A DNA stretch of 61,309 nucleotides. Origin: an uncultured Candidatus Saccharibacteria bacterium. Lineage in GTDB: Bacteria > Patescibacteriota > Saccharimonadia > Saccharimonadales > UBA4665. Shown here in pieces: positions 36,759 to 46,067 of the stretch; positions within the stretch are counted from its first letter, which is position 1; each line of letters starts with the position of its first letter. The DNA lies in the NCBI GenBank assembly GCA_964654135.1, contig CAZZHV010000002.1, forward strand, positions 1 through 61,309, written 5' to 3'. The notes under the pieces were generated by a model. That model was given only the letters and a program-made list of their open reading frames with translations, ran no database searches and had not been told where the DNA came from. A program made the translations under genes and the position numbers.

Positions 36759-38684
36759 CTAGAGAGCGATGTTGTTTGGGTCGTCGGCACTTATACCATT
36801 GCCGCCATTTGGAGAGATGACGTGACCAGGCTGATGTGGTGGTGATGAGAATGGCCCAGGTGTTGGGTGGTCATTCTCGGGGTGCTCATCAAGACCGCCC
36901 ATCCCTTCTCTTGCAAGAAGCTCATTAAGGTCTGGCTGTGTAGTTATTGGTGTTACTGGAGGCTGGATGATCTTCTTGTGTGCAATATTAACGTTGTCTT
37001 CGTCTGTTCCAGTCGATACTTCCTCTGGGGTCTGTACGTCTGGTGCGACTACATCGGGCTGGACAGTTTCTGACTGCTGTACGGCAGGAGCTACGTCTCC
37101 AGTTTCAGTAGAAGATGTTGATAGTGCTGAGAGGTCGACGTCACTGCTCGGCTCATCGCTAGGAGCTGGCGTTATAGGCTCTTGCGAGGAATCCGCTGGC
37201 GGTGCTGCAACTGGACCGGCTGCTTGTGGCGTTACGCTCTCGGGAGTAGGTTCCACTGAGGCCTCGGTCTGTGGGCTGGTGTCTTGCTGGTTAATAAAAT
37301 TATCAATTTGCTTTTGCATAAGAGCTTGCTCATCGGCTGCGGTTGGTGCTTCGGAAATATCTGGCGCAGGAGTAGGAGCTGCTTCTGGCGCAGGCTCAAC
37401 TTGAGCCTCTGGCTCGGCTGGTTTTTCTTCTGATACTTCCTTGTCCTCGGCCTTTGGTTCTTCTGACTGGGTCACTGGTGCTTCTGGTATAACAGGTGCA
37501 GATGGAGTCTCTGTGCTTGCTTCTTCGGGCTTAGACTCGGTAACGGTAGGCTCTTTGCCCTCCGTCTTTGGCGCTGCTGCAGCTGGCTCAGCCTCTGGCT
37601 CTGATGCTTCGGGTTCTTCAGTGTCTAGTGTGCTAGTTAGCTCTTTCATGGCGTTTGCCATGATCTGATCATCGACTTGTTGCGCTGGAGCCGGAGTGTT
37701 GGCGGGCGTAGTTGTAGCTGCTGGCGTGGTTACATCGGTTACAGGAGCGGCTACCGGCTCTTTGCCCTCCGTCTTTGGCGCTGCTGCAGCTGGCTCAGCT
37801 GTAGGGGTCGGTTCTACAGGAGCGGCTTGTTGTGTCGGCTCGGCCTTTGGTTCTTCTGGCTCGGTCACTACTGGTGTAGCGGTACTTTGCTCAGTGGTCG
37901 GTGTAACATCGGCCGGCGCTGAAGACGCAGTTGGTACAGCATTTACCGGTGCGGTTGTAGGAGTAGCAGCTGCAGGCACGGCTGTAGCCTGTTGTGGCGT
38001 AGGCGCTGGAGCGCTCGCTGGAGTTTGTGGCATTGAGATAGCTGGAGCCGGTTCGGCTGCGGTTGGTGGTGCAGCTACAGGAATAACAGGTGTTGGTGTA
38101 GCTGCCGGAGCTGGAACAACAGGAGCTGCTGGGGTAATTGCCGGGCTGGCGGTCGCGGTAGCGCCTGCGGCTGTAGGCTCAGCTGGTGGTGCCTGAACAG
38201 GCATAGGCGTTACTGTTGGAGTCGTAGTAGTTGGTGTTGCTTCTGGCTCGGCTGCCGCGTTTGGCTCGGCCGGCGCTGCTTCAGTTACTGCGGCTACGGT
38301 ATCCACTGGCGCTTGACCACCGTTCAAAAGTTCATCGGCGGCATGCACAATATCCTCAAGTGTTACCTGAGACTTAACGAGATAGCGATCGGCGCCCAAG
38401 GCATCGGCACGTGTTTTGTCTTCTGCTTGGCCAAGCGCAGTCAGCATAATGACCTTAACATCTTTAAGGCCTTCGGTGTTGCGGAGGATGTCAAGCATCT
38501 CAAAGCCGCTAATACGCGGCATCATGACATCGGAAATGATAAGATCTGGACGCTCCTGCTTGGCTTTAACGAGGGCTTCTTCTCCGTCTTGTGCGGAAAC
38601 AATAGTATAACCCTCGGCCTGCAAGCGCGCTTCGTATATCTCGCGCAAGTTATTATCGTCTTCAACCAGGAGGATTTTTGCCAT
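36759..38684 (-). CDS. response regulator receiver domain fused to ~500-aa Pro/Ala/Thr/Glu-rich low-complexity tail
   Basis: REC domain: KILLVEDD ... DLIISDVMMP ... MLTALG ... LVKS. The remainder is low complexity with internal repeats. Confidence 0.8.
   Translation of the reverse strand: MAKILLVEDDNNLREIYEARLQAEGYTIVSAQDGEEALVKAKQERPDLIISDVMMPRISGFEMLDILRNTEGLKDVKVIMLTALGQAEDKTRADALGADRYLVKSQVTLEDIVHAADELLNGGQAPVDTVAAVTEAAPAEPNAAAEPEATPTTTTPTVTPMPVQAPPAEPTAAGATATASPAITPAAPVVPAPAATPTPVIPVAAPPTAAEPAPAISMPQTPASAPAPTPQQATAVPAAATPTTAPVNAVPTASSAPADVTPTTEQSTATPVVTEPEEPKAEPTQQAAPVEPTPTAEPAAAAPKTEGKEPVAAPVTDVTTPAATTTPANTPAPAQQVDDQIMANAMKELTSTLDTEEPEASEPEAEPAAAAPKTEGKEPTVTESKPEEASTETPSAPVIPEAPVTQSEEPKAEDKEVSEEKPAEPEAQVEPAPEAAPTPAPDISEAPTAADEQALMQKQIDNFINQQDTSPQTEASVEPTPESVTPQAAGPVAAPPADSSQEPITPAPSDEPSSDVDLSALSTSSTETGDVAPAVQQSETVQPDVVAPDVQTPEEVSTGTDEDNVNIAHKKIIQPPVTPITTQPDLNELLAREGMGGLDEHPENDHPTPGPFSSPPHQPGHVISPNGGNGISADDPNNIAL
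37549..37799. repeat. perfect 44-nt direct repeat inside the response-regulator tail
   Basis: GGCTCTTTGCCCTCCGTCTTTGGCGCTGCTGCAGCTGGCTCAGC at 37549-37592 and 37756-37799. The 207-nt offset is in frame. Each copy encodes AEPAAAAPKTEGKEP. Confidence 0.85.
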
Positions 38685-38735
38685 GGTAGTGTCGTACCTT
38701 TGTTATGTTATGTGCTTATGGTTATTGGTATTGTA

Positions 38736-40556
38736 TCACGCTTTGGCGCTTCCGCTAGTGGTCGGCAGCTCTGCGGGCTTATTGGCTTCGGCTTGCTGCA
38801 TAGCAGTTGCTCGCTGTGTTGTTAGCCGCGGCAAGTTAATAAAGAACGTACTTCCCTTGCCGAGCTCACTCTCTACCCATATTCGACCCTTGTAGATCTC
38901 AACAATCTTGCGACAAATGAATAGCCCCAGCCCCGTACCACCAATGGTGCGAGTTGCTGAATTATCGACACGATAGAACTTCTGGAATAAGTGTGGAATA
39001 TCATCCTTTGGAATACCTGAACCAGTGTCACGAATGTACATCTGGACAACTTCGGTGTCACCGGTGAGACCAATGGATATCTTTCCCTGCTCGGTGTACT
39101 TGCAGGCGTTGTCAAAGAGGTTGGTGACGACTTCGCGCATGCGATCTGGGTCGGCGTAGACGTAATACAGAGGCTTGAGCACATGTGTACTGACGGTGTC
39201 TTTATTGGTGGCATCGATGGCGTCATTGCTGGCGCCAATAAGAAATTCAACGAATAGGCCTTTCTTTTCGGCTGCGAACTTGAGGTCATCTGTTAGTTGC
39301 TGGCAGAACGAGCCCATTTCTACGACGCCCGGATGGTTGCTGAGGCGGCCATCTTCTGCCTTGGAACTCGTAAGAAGATCCTGGAAGAGTTTGCCAAGGT
39401 GCTGTGTTGATAAGTGCGCTTTTTCGAGGTAGCCACGGGCACGACTGTCGATAGTACTTACCTTTTCGTTAAGTGCCAATGCCAAATAGCCTTCAATGGC
39501 TGCAACCGGTGTGCGCATTTCGTGGCTGGCTGTGCTAATAAAGTCGGCACGTTGCTTCTCGGCAGCGCGTTCGTCACTAATGTCGCGCATTACTGCTACG
39601 GCACCTACAAGCGTATCGCTACCATCAGGGGTAACGGGAGAAACTACCAACGAAATTGTCTGAGCTTTGCCATCACGCCCAGTAAGTTGTACGGTCTGAT
39701 TTATGTGCTCTCGTTGCTGCAGTACCAAGAGGAACGGATTGCTCTCGTTGCTAATCTCTTCCCCACTTTCCTTGCTCAGCTTAGCAACGAGTTGCGCGTC
39801 GACCCCTATAGCTTCTGCAATTGGCCATTCGGTCATTCCAGCGGCTGCTGGGTTCATGAGTGTAATTTTGCCCTCAGTACTAATTACGATAATACCGTCG
39901 GCAATGGACTGAATGAGTGTTTCAGACTGTTCCTGGTTGCTCTTGAGCATACCAGATAACTGGTTAACTTTTTGCTCTTGAACGTTAACGAAGCGGTTGC
40001 GCCAGAAGAAATATGCCACCAACGCCATGGCGCATTCGGCAGCCATGAGTGTCCAGGATACCCGATCGATATTTTCGAGTCTAAAGTTGCTGTGGAGCGA
40101 GATATATACGTAGGTTATAAACACCGAGCCGATGAGGATTGGCATACCAAAGATCCCAGAGAAGAAACAGGAAACAACCCAAGTACCCACATATATGAAT
40201 GCATAGGTTTCTGAGGTGGAGTTTAGTAACCCATCAAGCAAGCCCATAGTGAAGAACATTGAGCCAATGAGCATAGCCAGAGGTAAACTCCAGCGCTTGA
40301 TTACCCAATAGAACGTCAAAAAGTATACAACGGTTGCGCCGGCAATGAGCGCTGCCACGTGGTCGATGCTCAATAATGACGCATAGTGCATAAAGTGTGT
40401 CGAGAATTGCGCCAATATGTAGACGCCCAGAATTGCCGAGCTACAGGACACCAAAAAGAGCCAGTACACGCGGTACCAGCGCTTACTTACTTGGTATAGG
40501 AAAAAATCCTTGGCCATTAGTAGTAGTTTACCGCTTATGGCTAAAAGCTCCAACAA
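38736..40556 (-). CDS. membrane sensor histidine kinase (PAS-HisKA-HATPase)
   Basis: Multi-TM N-terminus. H-box FISTASHEMRTPVAAI and G-boxes DTGSGI / GGTGLGL. The start could instead be 40517. Confidence 0.85.
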   Translation of the reverse strand: MLELLAISGKLLLMAKDFFLYQVSKRWYRVYWLFLVSCSSAILGVYILAQFSTHFMHYASLLSIDHVAALIAGATVVYFLTFYWVIKRWSLPLAMLIGSMFFTMGLLDGLLNSTSETYAFIYVGTWVVSCFFSGIFGMPILIGSVFITYVYISLHSNFRLENIDRVSWTLMAAECAMALVAYFFWRNRFVNVQEQKVNQLSGMLKSNQEQSETLIQSIADGIIVISTEGKITLMNPAAAGMTEWPIAEAIGVDAQLVAKLSKESGEEISNESNPFLLVLQQREHINQTVQLTGRDGKAQTISLVVSPVTPDGSDTLVGAVAVMRDISDERAAEKQRADFISTASHEMRTPVAAIEGYLALALNEKVSTIDSRARGYLEKAHLSTQHLGKLFQDLLTSSKAEDGRLSNHPGVVEMGSFCQQLTDDLKFAAEKKGLFVEFLIGASNDAIDATNKDTVSTHVLKPLYYVYADPDRMREVVTNLFDNACKYTEQGKISIGLTGDTEVVQMYIRDTGSGIPKDDIPHLFQKFYRVDNSATRTIGGTGLGLFICRKIVEIYKGRIWVESELGKGSTFFINLPRLTTQRATAMQQAEANKPAELPTTSGSAKA

Positions 40557-40728
40557 TAACCGATACCAAAGGAAAATCTCGTGCTTGAATGTATGTGCTC
40601 AGTAGCTATCTGTAGCTCGCAAACACATCTATTCAAGTGACTTACCGGAGGAGAACGAGGGTGAACGCGTGAGCGCTCGATTTTCGTTCTCCGTCCGGAA
40701 GTCTTCTGTTGTTCGAAGTACCCGACGG

Positions 40729-41493
40729 CTACAGGACAACACAGTCCGGGTAGTCTTCGCAGTCGAAGTCGCCACACTGACACGGCATGGGGCCGCTGTA
40801 GTCGGTGTCGGCAACGCCTACGACCAGGGGGTGTGTACCACTCCAAGTGACGTAGACGACTCGCCTGAAGTACGGGCTCTTGAGCACGCCGTGTGCCAGC
40901 AGGGCTTGGAGCGTCATCGGATCGTGCTTCAGCGTCTGCTGAAACTCGACGATGCCGAGCTCGTCCTGGAGGACACGTATGGCTCCTTCGTAGACATCTC
41001 GCTCGGTGACTTCGTGCTCACTCCAGCCTGCCTCTTGGGTGCCACGGAACTCGTCGTAGAACTTGTTCCAGTGGAACTCCGAGTACAGGTTGATGAGTGT
41101 TGGTCCTGCCATGCGGCCCAGCGCGTGTTCGTACCGATGTTGGTGTCCGTACAGGTCGGTTGCTTGCCGGTGGCCCTGGAGTGGGTACATCGGTCGCCAT
41201 CCCAGTTCGACGAAGAAGCTGGGCGGCTGACTGCCGAAGGCACGCTGCAGCATTACTGCAATGTGCTTGTCGAAGATCGCTTCGCCGGTGGCGTTGGTGC
41301 CGTTCTTCGAGTGGTAGTAGTGCGAGAAGACGAACGCCTGCGATGCCTGGCCGATCAGGTTGTACAGGTTGCTCAGGGCGGCCGGTTCCGGCAGTCCGCA
41401 GTGGGTCTTGAGGTACAGAGGACTCCCCGGGCCGACACGCGGTATGTCGTCGACGATGAGGAGCGTGTGGTGGCGCGCTGAGTGATCTCTCAC
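40729..41493 (-). CDS. hypothetical protein (GC-rich orphan)
   Basis: 254 aa, GTG start with GAAAGGG upstream. Balanced amino-acid composition (W/Y/H/F rich), unlike the competing antisense ORF. Cys-rich C-terminus. Confidence 0.55.
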   Translation of the reverse strand: MRDHSARHHTLLIVDDIPRVGPGSPLYLKTHCGLPEPAALSNLYNLIGQASQAFVFSHYYHSKNGTNATGEAIFDKHIAVMLQRAFGSQPPSFFVELGWRPMYPLQGHRQATDLYGHQHRYEHALGRMAGPTLINLYSEFHWNKFYDEFRGTQEAGWSEHEVTERDVYEGAIRVLQDELGIVEFQQTLKHDPMTLQALLAHGVLKSPYFRRVVYVTWSGTHPLVVGVADTDYSGPMPCQCGDFDCEDYPDCVVL

Positions 41494-41632
41494 GGTAGTG
41501 CCCTTTCGGATAGTTTGTGTGCATGAAGCAATGAAGCTTAGGTGCTCACCTCCGATACTAAACAGAAGACGTTAAGATACGGGCCAGAAGGTCCATAGAC
41601 ATATTATACCATATTTATACGTATTTTTGTAG

Positions 41633-42520
41633 TTATGAGCTGAGGCTCAAGATAATAACGCCACTAATGCTCACAAACGCGCCGATCAGCGGAATGCGGT
41701 CAATAAGCTCATCAAAGTGACGGCGCGCAAGAAGTACGGTGAGAACTGGGTAACAGGCTGACAACGCCGAAACAATGGCGCCCGAGCTCTTTTCTCGAGA
41801 TAAGCCAATATTAAGCGCAACAGCGGCACAGAGCGAAATTGCGCCAGACAGAAGGATGAACTTGTTCTTGCAACCTGCAAGTACGTGGCTGATTGTTATC
41901 TTTTCTGTGGTGATGAACGGTATAAAAACGCCAAACGCTACGGCCATGGCGCCAAATTCGATAAGTGATGCGAGTTGCCACCCTAGCCGCGAAATGGCCT
42001 GGGAGGCAAGCGCGTACCCTGCTCCCCACGCCACAGCAGTAAAAAGTCCCAGGACTGGTCCTTTTTCGAGCTTACGGCTAACACCCCGAATGGACAGCAT
42101 GCCAGAAGCAGCCATGACTCCTGTCATGATCATGAGTATTGCAATGAGCTGCACACTGCTCGGCTGTGCGTGAAAGATTACCAGGGCTACGAGAGTCGTA
42201 ATTAACGGATACGCTGCGCTTAAGGGAGACACGAGGCCAACTGGCCCTAGTGCAAGACCCCTAAAGTACATAAGGGCGCCAAGTGTTATAACTGCCCCAC
42301 TGGCTATCGCGTACCATACGCCATCGGCTTGCACGTGGTGCCCTTGTGAGAAAAATAACAGGTAGATAATTGCATAACCGAGCGCCACGAACCCGTTGAT
42401 CAGAAGAGATGCCAAAAGCGGTCCGGCAGATTTGGAGGCTTTAGCGTCAAAGAAACCCGAAAATCCCCATCCTATGCCAGCAGCAAGGCCGCACATGATT
42501 GCAATAATGTCTGTTCGCAT
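41633..42520 (-). CDS. EamA/DMT-family transporter
   Basis: About 10 TM helices in two repeats. ORF trimmed to MRTDIIAIMCGL. Confidence 0.8.
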   Translation of the reverse strand: MRTDIIAIMCGLAAGIGWGFSGFFDAKASKSAGPLLASLLINGFVALGYAIIYLLFFSQGHHVQADGVWYAIASGAVITLGALMYFRGLALGPVGLVSPLSAAYPLITTLVALVIFHAQPSSVQLIAILMIMTGVMAASGMLSIRGVSRKLEKGPVLGLFTAVAWGAGYALASQAISRLGWQLASLIEFGAMAVAFGVFIPFITTEKITISHVLAGCKNKFILLSGAISLCAAVALNIGLSREKSSGAIVSALSACYPVLTVLLARRHFDELIDRIPLIGAFVSISGVIILSLSS

Positions 42521-42587
42521 GCACTTAAGCATACATGATTGCTGTACATATGTGCTACAATTTGTCAAAAGCGTTAGCATCAAATAT

Positions 42588-43577
42588 ATGAGTTTCGATA
42601 CAATCCCCCATTCAAATGAACAGATGGAGGGATTTTTTGGTCAAAACCAGCAAGCTTTGGACGAGTTTGCCGAGGCCTTTGACTGTGATTGGCAGCATCA
42701 GCCAGAGGCGCTTGTGACTCATATGCAGCGTTGGGTGCAAAATCCCATTGGGTTGGAGATGACTCCTCGACGGGAACAAGCAATATGGAAAATATTCGAT
42801 CTTACGAATATGCGTAATGAAATCAAAGGGCCTGGCGGCATGTACGACCAGGTCCTTATTTTTGGCGCCAAAATGCATGTTACCGAGCAGCGCACGGCTT
42901 GTGCTTATGAGCATCTTACACGCGAGGAGGATCCGGTTCGACTCAAACCAGAGGGTAAGATCGTATTCCTTGGCAGTGAGCGCATCCGTCGCCCTACCGA
43001 AGGTAAGGCCGTTACAGAGGTGTTGTATGCTGCAAACGATTGTGCTGACGCGTGGCTTCGTATGGAGCGTACTAAACTTCAAGATGAACGTATAGCTACC
43101 GAAACAGAGTGCGGCCGCTTGAGCCTGGTGCGACATTTTGGCGAGCTTGCACTACAAGAAGTTGTTATCGGTGAAGATGGACACGTCGAAGATATGCGGC
43201 TCAAAAGTCCTGAGCTGCCGCAAGAAATTATTTTGCTGAATGGCCGATCGGTGACGCGTGATGTTGCTGGCGAGCCCCGTACCACCACTGAATCAGAGAT
43301 TATCGAGTGGGCTCAGCGTCACGTTAGCCTAGACTTTCCCCAGCGCGTGCTTGTGGTCGCCGGTAATCCATACCAACAACGCATGATGCTGGCGTCTCGG
43401 CGTGTATTGCGTGCCATGGGAATTGATAATATAGCACTCGAAGGTTGCGGCCCTGCATCACCTGAGGGCCTTTCGGCTCGTGCGGCGGTCCGTGAATTTG
43501 CAAAACGTCTTTGGGATGAAGTACGTGTGCCTAGCTCTGCTGAAGATGCCAGTCGATTGGGGCGAGTACCGGAGTAA
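42588..43577 (+). CDS. hypothetical protein
   Basis: ORF trimmed to the ATG at 42588 (MSFDTIPH...), because the upstream extension overlaps the EamA gene. No firm domain call. Confidence 0.5.
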   Translation: MSFDTIPHSNEQMEGFFGQNQQALDEFAEAFDCDWQHQPEALVTHMQRWVQNPIGLEMTPRREQAIWKIFDLTNMRNEIKGPGGMYDQVLIFGAKMHVTEQRTACAYEHLTREEDPVRLKPEGKIVFLGSERIRRPTEGKAVTEVLYAANDCADAWLRMERTKLQDERIATETECGRLSLVRHFGELALQEVVIGEDGHVEDMRLKSPELPQEIILLNGRSVTRDVAGEPRTTTESEIIEWAQRHVSLDFPQRVLVVAGNPYQQRMMLASRRVLRAMGIDNIALEGCGPASPEGLSARAAVREFAKRLWDEVRVPSSAEDASRLGRVPE

Positions 43578-44091
43578 CGTAGATCTGAGTTTCGTCGGCT
43601 AGCTTTTCTATTTCTGCCATGTTGATGGATCCAGAGGCGACATATTTCTCAGCTGGCCAGCTAGTCGCCCACATTTGCGCGCACTCTTTAGCAAGAATGC
43701 CAGTGGTTAGCGTTGTCTTAAAACGTGGCTGGGTAAAAAATAAAGGCATATGTTCGATAGATGCGGTTGCTCCGCTTTTATCAAAATTAACGCCAGAGAC
43801 AACATGTCGAATACCACTCATAAGAATTGCGCCAAAGCACATAGGACAGGGTTCAAAAGTTGTATACAATGTTAGGTCTTTGTCGGTGTATTCGAAGTGC
43901 TCGGCTTGTAGCTCGGTGATAGCTTGAATCTCGGCGTGTGCTAAACGGTTTTTCGAGGAGTATACCTCGTTGTGTCCTCGTGCAATTATCTTGCCTTCGA
44001 AGACAATGACACACCCAATTGCCCAATTATTTCCATCACGGGCTATAGTCGCTTCCTTGAGCGCTTCACGCATAAAATGCTTGTCAATCAT
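43531..44091 (-). CDS. CMP/dCMP-type zinc deaminase (nucleoside/tRNA/guanine deaminase family)
   Basis: HAEIQAI ... PCPMCFGAI zinc-binding motifs. Confidence 0.85.
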   Translation of the reverse strand: MIDKHFMREALKEATIARDGNNWAIGCVIVFEGKIIARGHNEVYSSKNRLAHAEIQAITELQAEHFEYTDKDLTLYTTFEPCPMCFGAILMSGIRHVVSGVNFDKSGATASIEHMPLFFTQPRFKTTLTTGILAKECAQMWATSWPAEKYVASGSINMAEIEKLADETQIYVTPVLAPIDWHLQQS

Positions 44092-44107
44092 GGCCAGCTA
44101 TTATGAA

Positions 44108-45769
44108 CTAGAGCAGCGTCCATGTCCAGGTGGGAGTGCCACCACTGTAAGTAAGTGTTATCTTTTTGCCTGTTGGGAGTATAGCCATACCCGCGCCAGT
44201 TAGTACCGTGGTGCCGTCTACTGCAACACCCGTAACTGTTGCGCCGTTGGCATTAACCTGTACTGCTGCATCTCGCCAGAATGGGTTGCGGAAGGCTGTG
44301 GTGCTGGCAGAAACGGTCGGAGCGGTAGTGGCGCCAGGACTCTTGTCGAGGTATGTTACCTTAACACCTGTTGGATCAGATACATTAATGGTACTTATGA
44401 TACCTCCTAGGTTGATCTCGCCGACTCCGGTTCCGGCAGTGTCGACGACATGATTCATGCTTCCCTCTGTAGATAGTACGTTAACAACTATCTTACCGCC
44501 GGCTACGATAAAGATGCCGTTAACACAGGCCTCGATACTTGCACTACCAATCCAGTTATAGTGGAATTGCCCTACAGAGCTAAAGAAGCCACCTGTTAGC
44601 ATGCCTGTGTAGCAATAAATGGCTGCCAGACGATCTGCACTCAGGTGCTCACCTAGGTAGAAGCCGTAAGTGGCGCCTTCGACGCTACAGTTATTCATAA
44701 CTGAGAGGTCATTGTTGCCAGGGACTGGCATGGCAATACCAAGATTCCAGCCAGGACTTGTGTAGGTGCCGTTGAGCTGTGTTGGTGTTGCTGCTGGGTA
44801 AAACGCGACATTTTCAAGGTGCGCATTGGCCATGCCTCGTAGGTCTATGCCGGATGTGTCAGAGCCTCGAGCTGTGAACGGAACTTGTATCTGGATGCCT
44901 TTAATAACGATGTTACAGTTGGAATAGTTGGCACCAGACACATAACCATTCGGCAAGGTTGGCCCACCGATAACACTGCCCTCGTTCGAAGAGCCCGATT
45001 GATCGGTGGCATTCCAGGTTGACTTGAGGACAACACCGTTAAGTTGTGGAGTGGTAGCGTTCCAGTGTGGCATTGATGCAGAATCTTCGGTACCGAGTAG
45101 TGCCAGCGTAACTTTGTTGGCCGTAGCACTGATAATTGGCAGGGCTAGCTGGGCATTACCGCTGCGATCGGTGCGAGCTGCAGATGATAAAAGATATATG
45201 GCTGGTGGAAAAATGACCTCAGCGTAACCGCTATTAGCCACTGCGTATGCGGAGGCGGCATCAATAGCAGACTGAATAGCCGCCGTGTCGTTTGTAGACC
45301 CGTCACCTAATGCACCATATGCTTTTACGTTGAACTGCCAGGCATTGGTGGCTGGAGTTTGCCAGCTGGCTGCACTCGCGCTTGTTGCAGAGAGAACCTT
45401 GCCAGATGCTGGTGTGCCGCTAATAGTTACGCCATTAACTTTGGCGACAGTTGGATTAGGGTATGTACCGCTCAGGTCGCCACCTGCGCTTGCGCCAGAC
45501 TGCAACGCACCTGTTATACGACTGTCGTCTCCGGCTGCTATGGTGCCGCTCGTCGTACCGAAAGTGAGGTTGGCTGCCGGTACTTTTGAGGAACCGTTAA
45601 GTGGCGCATAGCCGCTTGCCTGTCCTTTGTTTGCGGACATTTCTGCGCCAGCTGAGGAGACCTGACTTCCCTTAAGCGTGCCATCTGCATTGTGTGACAC
45701 TTCTAGATAGTCATTGAGGATAGTTCCCCACGCACCACTGTCGGAGCCCGGATTTGGGAGACGTGACAT
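44108..45769 (-). CDS. tail-fibre/tailspike-like beta-helix protein (pectate-lyase-superfamily-like)
   Basis: N-terminus RLPNPGSDSGAWGTILNDYLEVSHNADGTLK, GYAPLNGSSKVP, NVKAYGALGDGSTNDTAAIQSAIDAA, then Gly/Asn/Thr-rich beta-helix-like repeats. Confidence 0.7.
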   Translation of the reverse strand: MSRLPNPGSDSGAWGTILNDYLEVSHNADGTLKGSQVSSAGAEMSANKGQASGYAPLNGSSKVPAANLTFGTTSGTIAAGDDSRITGALQSGASAGGDLSGTYPNPTVAKVNGVTISGTPASGKVLSATSASAASWQTPATNAWQFNVKAYGALGDGSTNDTAAIQSAIDAASAYAVANSGYAEVIFPPAIYLLSSAARTDRSGNAQLALPIISATANKVTLALLGTEDSASMPHWNATTPQLNGVVLKSTWNATDQSGSSNEGSVIGGPTLPNGYVSGANYSNCNIVIKGIQIQVPFTARGSDTSGIDLRGMANAHLENVAFYPAATPTQLNGTYTSPGWNLGIAMPVPGNNDLSVMNNCSVEGATYGFYLGEHLSADRLAAIYCYTGMLTGGFFSSVGQFHYNWIGSASIEACVNGIFIVAGGKIVVNVLSTEGSMNHVVDTAGTGVGEINLGGIISTINVSDPTGVKVTYLDKSPGATTAPTVSASTTAFRNPFWRDAAVQVNANGATVTGVAVDGTTVLTGAGMAILPTGKKITLTYSGGTPTWTWTLL

Positions 45770-46067
45770 ACGGATTGTTACCTTGTATTACGTTTATGTC
45801 TATTATAAGGCACAAGCGCTATAGAAAGCCACAGAAAAGCTCTGCAATCGCCTACCCCTGTCAAGCATAGAGTACGCAGTGAGATATGTATGTCATGTGT
45901 TGTTATTCGAAGGAGCTTATGCTAACATCAGCAAGTTCGAATGTGAGGCGGCAGGTTTTGAACCAAAAGCACCTCCGTTAATGTGGGTCGATTTTTACAA
46001 ACGAAGTAGCAAAAACCACCTGAGTGGGTAGCTTTTTTGTTGTGCCAAAAATAAATAAGGATTATAT

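Noticed and set aside
45920-45982. 20-aa ORF (MLTSASSNVRRQVLNQKHLR) with AAGGAG upstream, in the divergent promoter region of the tail-fibre-like pair
   Set aside because: The SD-to-ATG spacing is only 3 nt. The downstream hairpin (~46008-46040) is weak. Nothing distinguishes it from a chance ORF without conservation or ribosome-profiling data.
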